Shown piece by piece: positions 11,560-21,181 of a stretch of 24,801 bases of DNA. The position numbers were made by a program, and so were the translations under genes. Location: contig NW_021836222.1 of assembly GCF_006345805.1 (NCBI RefSeq), positions 1 through 24,801 of the forward strand. The letters are read 5' to 3'. The stretch is from Octopus sinensis. Taxonomy: Eukaryota. Positions within the stretch are counted from its first letter, which is position 1. The number at the start of each line of letters is the position of its first letter. Under the pieces are notes generated by a model that did no database searches, was not told the origin of the DNA, and saw only the letters and a list, made by a program, of their open reading frames with translations.

Positions 11560-12092
11560 TTCTTTTACTACATTTGACTGCGGCCATGCTGGAGTACCGC
11601 CTTTAGATGAGTACTCCAGCATGGGACTTATTCTTTGTAAGCCCAGTACTTATTCTATCGGTCTGTTTTGCCGAACCGCTAAGTGACGGGGACGTAAACA
11701 CACCAGCATCGGTTGTCAAGCTATGCTAGGGGGACAAACACAGACACACAAACACACAAACACACACACGTCTCATTCCAAATTCCACAGATTCTTCATT
11801 TCCTGACAAACTCTCCACAAACATATTTTCTCAAGTTGTCACTTGATCTTAAGTTGCGTTAATTAAGCTCTCTGTTTCTTCTTCTTCTTCTTCTTCTTCT
11901 TCTTCTTCTTCTTCTTCTTCTATCTTCTTCTTCTTCTTCTTCTTCTTCTCTTCTTCTTTTCTTTTTCTTCTTCTTCTTCTTCTTCTTCTCTTCTTCTTCT
12001 TCTTCTTCTTCTTCTTCTTCTTCTTCTTCTTCTTCAGCTCCTCCTGCTCCACCTCCTCCACCTACTATTATCACCACCTTCGCTACTACTAC

Positions 12093-12130
<38 letters not shown>

Positions 12131-12275
12131 TATATATACGACGGGTTTCTTTTCAGTTTCCGTCTACCAAATCCACTCACAAGGCATTGGTCGGCCCGGA
12201 GCTATAACAGAAGACACTTGCCCAAGATGCCACGCAGTGGGACTGAACCCGCAACCACACAGCCACTCCTGCGCC
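11560..12275 (-). mobile_element. tRNA-derived CORE-like SINE split by an expanded internal simple-repeat tract
   Basis: The 3' half (11560-11770) and 5' half (12138-12275) are near-identical to the 13547-14003 copy. (CA)n, (CTT)n, (AAT)n and (TA)n lie between them. The head has a short internal deletion. Confidence 0.85.
11875..12137. repeat. (CTT)n and (AAT)n microsatellites
   Basis: Directly visible; source of the poly-E/K/R ORFs. Confidence 0.95.
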
Positions 12276-12615
12276 TATATTATATTTGTTTTTTTTATAA
12301 ACCTAAATCTGTCCTCAAATATCTTACGCGCTATCGGGCGCCTTTTAAGCTAGCTCCTGTGGAGGACTCTACATTAGGCCTTAGGCCTAACAATCACACT
12401 TCATGCATAGAGTACAAATTAAATTTTTGTTAAACTTGAACAATATTTTTCAAGCAATGAACAATTTTCATCAAAAAATATAATTTGTCGACTTGGAACC
12501 TATTGCAAAACTGCATGATAAAAAACGGTACCACCATTATCGCCACCACATCTTCCACACACACACCATTCAACCATTTTATCATGGTAATGCGGTGGTG
12601 GTAATAGTATGAGCT

Positions 12616-12846
12616 GGCGGCGAGCTGGCAGAATCGTTAGCACGTCGGGCGAAATGCTTAGCGGTATTTCGGCTGCCGTTACGTTGTGAGTTCAAATTCC
12701 GCCGAGGTCGACTTTGCCTTTCATCCTTTCGGCGTCGATAAATTAAGTACCAGTTAAGCACTGGGGTTGATATAATCGACTTAATCCGTTTGTCTGTCCA
12801 TGTTTGTCCCCTCTGTGTTTAGCCCCTTGTGGGTAATAAAGAAATA
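12616..12846 (+). mobile_element. Full-length tRNA-derived SINE with a Meta-domain-like core and target-site duplication
   Basis: A-box TGGCAGAATCG, B-box GAGTTCAAATTCC and core GGTCGACTTTGCCTTTCATCCTTTCGGCGTCGATAAATTAAGTACCAG. The flanking direct repeat GGTAATAGTATGAGCTG lies at 12600-12616 and 12847-12863. Confidence 0.88.
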
Positions 12847-13289
12847 GGTAATAGTATGAGCTGTAGATGTGATAGAGGTGGAGGCGGCGGTGTTCTTGTT
12901 GTTGTTGTTGGTGGTGGTGGTGGTGGTAGCTGAGTCGGTCAGGGATGACGGTGAGTGTAAGCAATGTGAAAGATAGTGGTGATGGCCGTCGAGGGGAAGG
13001 CACCGAAGTCAAAGGCATTGATGGTGGTGGCGTTAGATGTGTTAATGTTATGTGTATGGCAGATGTGGTGACGATGGTGGTGGCGGTACTAAGGAAATGA
13101 ATTCAGTGTTCAGTCCCTCCCTCTCTCTCCTCCCTCCCTCTCTCTCTCTTGTTATTACTCCCACTGCATCCATCAGCACTACTACTTTCAATAAAACATC
13201 ATCAACAGTAGAAGTGTCGTTGAATAGTGAGGGAGGGGTTGGGTCAAAGTGTGACACACTGACACACAGAAATTAGTTTTCGCATTTAT

Positions 13290-13321
<32 letters not shown>

Positions 13322-13507
13322 CACATACAGAGAGAGAGGTGGGGAGATAGAGAGAGAGCGATATGTAGACATCTGTATGTGCATGTGTGTGTGTTTGTAT
13401 ACAGTGAGGTTTCTTTATGCATACCTGCATGTGTCTATGTATGTCTCACTTTACTTGTGCATACGCATATCTCATTATATATTCATACACACACACACAA
13501 CACACAC

Positions 13508-13546
<39 letters not shown>

Positions 13547-13553
<7 letters not shown>

Positions 13554-13757
13554 TCTTTTACTTGTTTCAGTCATTTGACTGCAGCCATGCTGGAGCACCG
13601 CCTTTAGTCGAGCAAATCGACCCCGGGACTTATTCTTTGTAAGCCCAGTACTTATTCTATCGGTCTCTTTTGCCGAACCGCTAAGTGACGGGGACGTAAA
13701 CACAGCAGCATCGGTTGTCAAGCTATGCTAGGGGGACAAACACAGACACACAAACAC

Positions 13758-13838
<81 letters not shown>

Positions 13839-14003
13839 TATATACGACAGGCTTCTTTCAGTTTCCGACTACCAAATCCACTCACAAGGCATTGGTCAGC
13901 CCGGGGCTATAGCAGAAGACACTTGCCTAAGATGCCACGCAGTGGGACTGAACCCGGAACCATGTGGTTGGTAAGCAAGCTACTTACCACACAGCCACTC
14001 CTA
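13547..14003 (-). mobile_element. Near full-length tRNA-derived CORE-like SINE with internal (TA)n/(TG)n
   Basis: The minus strand has A-box TGGCTGTGTGG, B-box GGTTCAGTCCC, CORE-like CTTAGGCAAGTGTCTT and an (AGTAAAAG)n tail. Several homologous copies occur in this window. Confidence 0.88.
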
Positions 14004-14175
14004 TATTAATGATTTTTTTTCTGATGTTCAGTTATAATAGAAACAGTTTTACATTAATCTCATGGGCAACTCTATGTTTCTCTAGAGCACAAATTTATTA
14101 TTGTTATACAAAAATGTTGTTGATAGTGACATCGAAGTTTCGGCCTAGTAAACATCGTCAGACTGCATATATACA

Positions 14176-14213
<38 letters not shown>

Positions 14214-14247
14214 TATATATATCATATATATATATATTATATAGAAG

Positions 14248-14300
14248 GAGCTTCTACAGGACTAGAACTGTTTCATTCAAAAGAAATCATCAGGAAGCTC
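14248..14300 (-). ncRNA. Type I hammerhead ribozyme motif (family A, minus copy)
   Basis: Exact reverse complement of 14302-14354. Confidence 0.8.
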
Positions 14301-14301
14301 T

Positions 14302-14354
14302 GAGCTTCCTGATGATTTCTTTTGAATGAAACAGTTCTAGTCCTGTAGAAGCTC
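14302..14354 (+). ncRNA. Type I hammerhead ribozyme motif (family A)
   Basis: GAGCTTC-CTGATGA-t.TTC(TTTT)GAA.t-GAAA-CAG(TTCTAGTC)CTG-TA-GAAGCTC: 7-bp helix I, intact CUGAUGA and GAAA, and a GUA cleavage triplet (predicted cut after 14347). The pair closing helix II is a non-canonical U.U. Confidence 0.8.
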
Positions 14355-14435
14355 CTTCTATATAATAAATTAATTTACTCTGCTATGTATTGAGTACCTT
14401 ATTTACTGTGGTTAACCCCGACTCAACCCGGGACC

Positions 14436-14489
<54 letters not shown>

Positions 14490-14832
14490 TATGCATATAT
14501 ACATACATATGTGCACATACCTACATATATATATGTATATATACATGCATATATGGGTACAGGACATCAAAAGAACGTTGAACACAGTGAGAAACGAAAA
14601 CATAAAAACAAAATCATAGAAACGAACTTTTTTTCGAACAACGAAAAACGCAGAGAAACGAGACATGCAACATAAAGAATATTCCCCTTCTTCAGTTGTC
14701 CCTGTTTCATCTACTCCACGTTCGAAGGCAATATATATTGATAAAATTGGTAAGACAACAAAATAATGAAAGAGACCTCAATTTTATGGAAATAGAGGAA
14801 TTTATCTGTGAATATGTAACAATTATTCGGTA

Positions 14833-14903
14833 GCCATGATAAAACTCCGAGTTTCGGAAGCCGGGGTGGAAATCCACGCCGCCATCTCTTCAGTTATCCT
14901 GCC
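14833..14903 (-). ncRNA. Type I hammerhead ribozyme motif (family B, minus copy)
   Basis: The minus strand reads GGCAGGATAA-CTGAAGA-(GC-rich helix II)-GAAA-CTCGGAG-TT-TTATC. Confidence 0.72.
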
Positions 14904-14926
14904 ATTTTTATAGCATTTTTTCCGAT

Positions 14927-14997
14927 GGCGGGATAACTGACGAGATGGCGGCGTGGATTTCCACCCCGGCTTCCGAAACTCGGAGTTTTATCATGCC
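14927..14997 (+). ncRNA. Type I hammerhead ribozyme motif (family B)
   Basis: GGCGGGATAA-CTGACGA-G...GTGGA(TT)TCCAC...C-GAAA-CTCGGAG-TT-TTATCATGCC. Helix I is 9/10 paired, helix III is the near-palindromic ACTCGGAGT, and the triplet is GUU (predicted cut after 14987). Confidence 0.72.
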
Positions 14998-15716
14998 TAC
15001 CGAATAATTGTCACATATTACATTCAAAGATATATATATATCATCAGCTTTCACTTTAGATCTCAGTTCAGGCTATGGGGTCTGTAAATTTTATTTCCTT
15101 TTTTTTTTAAGTAAATTAGTTCCTTTACGTGTACTAAGTGTTTGCTTTTGTTATTGGTTATTTTATTTACATTACCACAGAGAGGTTTGAATTTTTTATA
15201 AATCTGTTTTAATTACAATTTCTTACTTGCAATTTACAAGATCTGATTATTTTTTTCACACCTAACATACATATATTTTTCATAGAGGAGGTGGTGGCGA
15301 ACCCTGTTGTACTCTTTCACCACAACTTCCTCTCACTCTTTCTTCCTGTTGCTGTTGTACCTGTATTTCAAAGGGCCAGCCTTGTCACACTCTGTGTCAC
15401 GCTGAATCTCTCCGAGAACTACGTCAAGCATACACGTGTCTGACGAAAGTAGCATTAATTTTCTTAGGTCATTCAATTTACCTCAATAGATCAATAGACC
15501 AATTGGTTAAACCTATTAATAATGTACTTATAAGGACTACTAGAAACAGCTGTAAGCCAAGTTTGGTCTATTTGTTCTAATTAAGGAATTATATGTAATT
15601 ACCATTATTTTCAACTTGTTTCTCATATATATCTAATATAGGATAAAACTTTTCGAAAAATTTTTTATCAATGGCCAGCATATTAAAAAACACCTTTAGA
15701 AGTTAAATTCATAAAC

Positions 15717-16106
15717 AACTTATGAACAAGGGCAAAAGAAAAAAATTCTAATGCCAAATATGTCGAATATAGACAAATTGTCAATAACCCTATAATTTAT
15801 CACTATAAACACGCGTCTCTAAGTAAGCCGACAGAAATTTCTTAGAAATTCCGTTATTATCGTTTCGGTCCCAATTTCAGAGTTAATTCATAAGAATTTT
15901 CTCCTCGTCAGCGATAAATACATAAGAAATAAATGAAATACTTACTCATACCCATGGAAGAAGACATAACGGAATTTTTAAGGAATTTCTGTCGCCATAC
16001 ATCGAGACGCGTGTTTATAGTGATAAATTATATGGTTATTGACAATTTGTCTATTTTCGGCATATTTGGTATTAGAATTTTTTTCTTTTGCCCTTGATTA
16101 TAAGTT
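15717..16106. repeat. ~140-bp imperfect inverted repeat with a hammerhead-like spacer
   Basis: Arms 15717-15857 and 15966-16106 (e.g. TATCACTATAAACACGCGTCTC / GAGACGCGTGTTTATAGTGATA). Confidence 0.9.
15857..15917 (-). ncRNA. Hammerhead-like motif with one core mutation (probably inactive)
   Basis: The minus strand reads TTATCG-CTGACGA-GGAG..AATTC(TTAT)GAATT..CTCT-GAAA-TTGG(GA)CCGA-AA-CGATAA. All three helices form, but the conserved U16.1 is A. Confidence 0.55.
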
Positions 16107-16134
16107 ATATATATATTATACACATACACATATA

Positions 16135-16432
16135 TTCTTTTACTTGTTTCAGTCATTTGGCTGCGGCTATGCAGGAGCACCACATTTTAGTCGAACAAAT
16201 CGACCCAAGGACTTATTCTTTGTAAGCCTAGATCTTATTCTATCGGTCTCTGTTGCCGCACCGCTAAGTTACGGGGACATAAACACGCCAACAACGGTTG
16301 TCAAGCGATGGTGTGAAGACAAACACAGACACAACCATATATGCGACGGACTTCTTTCAGTTTCCGTGTACCAAATCTACTCACAAGGCTTTGGTCGGCT
16401 CGAGACTATAGCAGAAGACACTTGCTCAAGGT
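16135..16432 (-). mobile_element. 5'-truncated CORE-like SINE copy
   Basis: Colinear with 13547-13935. Confidence 0.85.
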
Positions 16433-16465
16433 ATATATATATATATATATATATGAGTGTGTGTG

Positions 16466-16497
<32 letters not shown>

Positions 16498-16545
16498 TGT
16501 ATGTATGTATGTATGTATGTATGTATGCATGTATGTATGTATTTG
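16433..16545. repeat. (TA)n/(TATG)n microsatellite
   Basis: Directly visible. Confidence 0.95.
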
Positions 16546-16741
16546 TGTATCTGTGTCTCCCCACCATCGCTTTGACAACCGATGTTGGTGTGCTTACGTC
16601 ATCGTAACATGGCGGTTCGGCAAAAGATACCGACAGAATAGGCTTACAAAGAATATGTTTGGGGTCGATTTGTTCGACTAAAGGCGGTGCTCCAGCAGGG
16701 CCGCAGTCAAATTCCTAAAACAAGTAAAAGAATAAAAGAAT
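16545..16741 (+). mobile_element. 3' half of a CORE-like SINE, inverted relative to the 16135 copy
   Basis: TTGACAACCGATG..GCGGTTCGGCAAAAGA..GGGGTCGATTTGTTCGACTAAAGGCGGTGCTCCAGCA..AAGTAAAAGAATAAAAGAA. Confidence 0.85.
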
Positions 16742-16773
16742 ATATATATGTGAAATATGCGACAAAATATCAG

Positions 16774-16855
16774 TGCTTCGGGTAAGGTTCGAACTCACAA
16801 CTTTCGTATTCCTCATCCATGACTTGCACGGTGAAGGTGCTGTCTACTCAATCGC
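16774..16855 (-). pseudogene. tRNA relic; 3' half resembles the intron-containing tRNA-Ile(UAU)
   Basis: The minus strand 3' end reads AATACGAAAGTTGTGAGTTCGAACCTTACCCGAAGCA (T-arm GTTCGA plus acceptor strand). The 5' half is decayed and the anticodon is not readable. Confidence 0.45.
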
Positions 16856-16939
16856 GTGTGTACGTTTGCATGCATGCGTTTTTTCCACATTTATGCATAA
16901 ATGCTATTTGATGTGTTGCGTATTCTCTTCAAATATATG

Positions 16940-17110
16940 CCCAAGGCCAGCAATTTCATGGGTAAGTCAATTGCGTAACTGGAACTTATTTCATTGACTC
17001 CCAAAGACCAAGTCCACCTCGGCGTTATTTGAAATCAGAACGTAAAGACGGACGAAATGCCGCTAAGCATTTTGTCCGGCGGGCAAAATTTTCTGCCTGC
17101 TCACCGCCTT
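16940..17110 (-). mobile_element. Decayed Meta-like SINE copy
   Basis: AAGTCCACCTCGGCG..TCAGAACGTAAAGACGGACGAAATGCCGCTAAGCATTT..TTCTGCC.GCTCACCGCC matches the reverse complement of the 12616 copy. Confidence 0.8.
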
Positions 17111-17489
17111 TTGTGTATCCTAATAATAATCCCATATGGTTTGATAATCCCTGCTTCGATTCTTTGACAGTTAATGGCTGTCGACAGGCTTTCATTCTAT
17201 GTGTGGCCGCCCTGCACCCGGTTCATAGCAACCCCTTGTTGCCCCACCCCACCTCCACTCAAGGGCCTTGTCATTAATAATCACATCATTAATTATATAT
17301 TTGTTCGTTTCTTCTTCTTGTCGTTGTCGTCGTCATCATCATCATCATTTCGACGTTTGTTCTTTATTGGTATGTTTCCTGTTGTTTTTAGCTGTTGTTA
17401 ATAACGCTTATTATGTTGTTGTTATTGTTGTTGCTGCTGCTGCTAATGGTAATGATAATGTCCGCCATTTTGTCAACGATGTGTCTCGT

Positions 17490-17531
<42 letters not shown>

Positions 17532-17809
17532 TGTGTGTGTGTGCGGTGTCCGTGCGGTGGGGGCGGCGGAGGTATGTTGTTTTGTCCAAAAGCCGAGATT
17601 TCAAACAAACATTTATAAAGATGTTATGTGTTTGCACGTGTGCTTGTGTGCGTGTTTCTTGCTCTGTACACACACAACACACACACACACATACACACAC
17701 GCCTCACATGCACACAATCTCAAACAGGCGCAGGCACAAATCACACGTGTTATTCCACCCCCCCCCCCTTCTATTTATTTGGATTTCGTCGTCCTCCCTC
17801 ATTCAAGGC

Positions 17810-17915
17810 ATGCAGCCGGAAGTTGCCACCAAACGTCAAATCGACTCTCATGAACGTCCCTAACTCGTGACGTCAGCACGTGTCGGACAGAAACAAATCA
17901 CTTTGCTTCGTCAAT
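17810..17915. promoter_or_regulatory. Candidate cis-regulatory module (ETS + CRE + E-box)
   Basis: CCGGAAGT at 17816-17823, TGACGTCA at 17868-17875, CACGTG at 17877-17882 and extra CGTCA half-sites at 17834 and 17909, in CpG-retaining non-repeat sequence. Motif matches only. Confidence 0.4.
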
Positions 17916-17949
17916 TCATCTGTCATTTCTTTCTTTTTTCCGATCATTC

Positions 17950-17993
17950 ATCTATCTGTCTTTCTATCTATTTATCTGTATGTCAGCCTGTCA

Positions 17994-18058
<65 letters not shown>
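17950..18058. repeat. (TCTA)n microsatellite
   Basis: Directly visible. Confidence 0.95.
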
Positions 18059-18124
18059 AGGATATGTATGTATACACACATACATACACGCACACAAGCA
18101 TGCAAATATACATTTGTGTATATA

Positions 18125-19368
18125 CACAGACATGACAGAAGTAAATAAACACCTCATAATACATCGTTTTATGTTTATTCTAACTTGTAAAGGTTTATAT
18201 TTGTTATTAAGTGACATTTTTATGTTTCAGATTCTATATGTGACTGTTTAATCATGCCATGTACAAAAGAAGCCTGAGAACTGTCTGCATTTCAAAGAGG
18301 CCGTATTGTAGGATAGTCTGAAGATGGACATAGCGTAAAATTGCAAAAAACCTTGGGGTTCCGCTTTCTGTAATTAATAGAGTGATTGTACAATTCACCA
18401 GAGAGGAGAAGGAGTACACATCACCTCTCCCAGATCAATCAGGGCCCTTTAACAGGACCTTTCTCTTTGTTATGAGAAGTGTGGAGGAAAATCCTCGTTG
18501 CAAGACCTTTGACATAGCAGAACATGTTGATGTCAGTCCCAAAACAGCTGTCAGGTATCTCCACAAACATGGCTACTATGGCAGAGCAGCAAGAAGGAAG
18601 CCACTTCTTCGACCAGCCAACAACAAGCAGAGAAAAGATTGGGCCTGTGAGATGGTGGAGAGGCCGCGAGCATTTTAAGACCCTTTCGTTTTCTCTGATC
18701 AATTCAGATTTGCTGTATTTCCTGACAGTGGTCGAGTGTGGGTCTAGAGACTCTGCGATCAAGAATTTGATGTAAAAAGATCGCAGCCAACAATGAAACA
18801 TGGCAGCTATTCTGTGATGGTCAAGGGAGCAATTTAAAGCAATGGTTGATCAGAACTGATGGAGTGTGAAGGAAACATAAACTCAAATATATGTCCATAT
18901 TGCAGAAAGGCCTCTTTCCAATCTTCTCCAGAGATGAAATGATTAAAGAAGACTCTTTATTTACAGAAGATTGGGCTCCTTGTCACACGGCTAAAATGAC
19001 CCAAGATTTGTTGGATGAGAATGGCATTAAAAAGCTTCCATGGCCAAGCCAGTCACCAAATATGAAACCTATTGGACACCCCTGAGACATAATGGACAGG
19101 ACACTTCATAAAAAGAACAAGAAAACATCTTCAAAGCCAGATCTTTTGAGATTACTGCATGAAACTTGGCAAGAAATTCCGCAAGATAATATTCGTCATC
19201 TGATTAGCAACATGCCTAATAGGGTCCTTGCATTGAAAAATGCAAAGGACATATCTACTAAATATTAGATATTCACATTATAACAATTAATAATTAATTT
19301 GAATGTATAATTTCAGATTTAAATAAATGTTAATGATTATAAGGGTGTCTACTCCTGTCTTGTCTGTG
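18125..19368 (+). mobile_element. Full-length but dead Tc1-family transposon (~1.24 kb) with both TIRs and TA target duplication
   Basis: TA|CACAGACATGACAGAAGTA..ACACC and GGTGTCTACTCCTGTCTTGTCTGTG|TA. The transposase relic runs from ATG 18254 to about 19268: ELSAFQRGRIVG, GRAARRKPLL, FSDQFRF, FTEDWAPCH, LPWPSQSPNMKPIGH. Multiple stops and frameshifts; the catalytic E is lost. Confidence 0.92.
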
Positions 19369-19514
19369 TACATACCTATATAATATATAAATATATACTA
19401 AATATTTACTAATATGTATTATACAAGTAAAAATATATACTAAGTTAAATATATACTTATATTCTTTTATATCTTTCAGCCAGAAGGCTGTGGCCATGCT
19501 GGAACGCTCCTAAT

Positions 19515-19875
19515 TTCAGCGGCCATTCTTTATGCGATTGGCTTTTGGTGAAGGAGGGAGTTTGACACAGCTGCACTCTTTTGGGTTTCTTCTGGGGCCT
19601 TGAACAGCTGGAGGCCAAATTCTTTCTTGGAAACATCTATCCCTACTCAATGAAGATCCCTCTGATATTTTCGCAAGGCAATAATTAGCTGTGAGCTATT
19701 GAATACTTACTACAGTTCTTGGTTCTCACTCCAGACGGGATAGGTGGGACCTTTGGAACACTGCATTGACGTCCAGTTCGGTGGGTTAGTATAACTCTTG
19801 ATGCCAAAGTATTGTACCAACCTTTCTAGGATTTTCCATACGTATATTACTGCATACTGCAGTATAGAAGATCCT
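19515..19875 (-). mobile_element. CR1/L2-group LINE 3' fragment, decayed
   Basis: Minus-strand translation YAVIYVWKILERLVQYFGIKSYTN / TGRQCSVPKVP..SGVRT / RDLH..IDV.K / AAVSNSLLHQ resembles CR1-group ORF2 C-termini as recalled; no search was run. Confidence 0.6.
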
Positions 19876-19907
19876 GAAGGAGTGTGTTTGTATATATATA
19901 TATATAT

Positions 19908-19996
<89 letters not shown>

Positions 19997-20303
19997 CATA
20001 AGGGACTAAAGCCATCTGAATATGGCTAGGGACAGGGCAGGGTGGTGGGGGTGTTACTGTTGCATTTAGCCCCAGGCGAACATCGACGTCACCAGATAGG
20101 CCCGACACCGTCACGGTGTCCTTTAACCTGCAAAGGGAAGTAATTCCCCGATGAAGCGGAAACCACACACACGGACCATGGTTTCAAGGTGTATTGCCTA
20201 TCGTCGGCGTGTGGTAGGCTTCCGCTTCCTCGACGAACACTCACTCTGCAGGATACTCATATATAGATTTTCAAGCAAAATACATTTGCTGATTTCGAAA
20301 ATC

Positions 20304-20350
<47 letters not shown>

Positions 20351-20557
20351 TATAATTATTATTATATCATTATAATTATTTTTATTTTATCGCAATTTGA
20401 TTTTTTACATATTTCTCGATAAATTATGAGCGCCAGGCGATATACCAGAATTCCCTAGTGTTGTCGGGACGTTCGTGTCTGCGCTGATATGATTAGTTAG
20501 GGAGAGTAAATCATTAGACGCACATGCTTCTAGTGAGTTAGGATCCCAGAAAAACAG

Positions 20558-20636
20558 GGTCTCACTGAAGAATTCTCCCTGAGCAAATAAATTATCTTTA
20601 TTACTGAAAAGAAAGAAACTGCAGTCTGAGAATACC
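20558..20636 (+). ncRNA. Type I hammerhead ribozyme motif (family C, copy 1)
   Basis: TCTCA-CTGAAGA-(long helix II TTCT..AATAAA(TTATC)TTTATT..AGAA)-GAAA-CTGCAG-TC-TGAGA. GUC triplet, predicted cut after 20626, palindromic helix III ACTGCAGT. Confidence 0.82.
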
Positions 20637-20950
20637 GGTTTAGTAAATGTTTTATCTTCATTTCACTTAATTTATCAAGCTTCTGTATTCCTAGCACATA
20701 TTTCGCCTTAATGTACTGATATATGAAAATATATGGCTTGTGTTAGTAATACCAGCGATTATATTATTTTTATTTTATCGCAATTGATTTTGTTTACATA
20801 TTTCTCGATAAATTATGAGCGCCAGGCGATATACCTATAGAATTCCCTAGTGTTGTCGGGACGTTCGGAGTCTGCGCAGTGATATGATTAGTTAGGGAGA
20901 GTAAATCAAGACGCACATGCTTCTAGTGAGTTAGGATCCCAGAAAAACAG

Positions 20951-21027
20951 GGTCTCACTGAAGAATTCTCCTGAGCAAATAAATTATCTTTATTCTTAAA
21001 AGAAAGAAACTGCAGTCTGAGAATACC
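20951..21027 (+). ncRNA. Type I hammerhead ribozyme motif (family C, copy 2)
   Basis: Same as copy 1: CTGAAGA 20958-20964, GAAA 21006-21009, GUC cut after 21017. Helix II pairs TTCT/AGAA, TGAG/CTTA and AATAAA/TTTATT. Confidence 0.82.
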
Positions 21028-21181
21028 CGTTTAGTAAATGTTTTTTATCTTCATTTCACTTAATTTATCAAGCTTCTGTATTCCTAGCACATATTTCGCC
21101 TAATGTACTGATATATGAAAATATATGGCTTGTGTTAGTAATACCAGCGATTATAATATTTTTATTTTATCGCATTTGATT

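Larger units (their letters stand above)
14235..14440. mobile_element. Short Penelope-like/retrozyme-like element with a perfect 133-bp palindrome
   Basis: 66-bp perfect arms (14235-14300, 14302-14367) around a single T, each carrying a hammerhead motif. AATAAA lies at the outer end of the + arm. (TA)n flanks both sides. Confidence 0.7.
14811..15019. repeat. 95-bp inverted repeat (19-bp spacer) carrying the family B hammerheads
   Basis: Arms 14811-14905 and 14925-15019, 4 mismatches by eye. Confidence 0.92.

Noticed and set aside
11849-12077. Poly-E/K/R ORFs
   Set aside because: Translation of (GAA)n.
12374-12390. Small palindrome TTAGGCCT-T-AGGCCTAA
   Set aside because: Too short and isolated to interpret.
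14555-14732. Repeat-like segment with CTGAAGA on the minus strand
   Set aside because: GAAA lies upstream and only 9 nt away, with no downstream GAAA-helix III-UH. It may be a Penelope-like fragment but cannot be supported as a ribozyme.
18125-19368. Possible active or domesticated transposase
   Set aside because: Multiple stops and frameshifts and loss of the catalytic glutamate.
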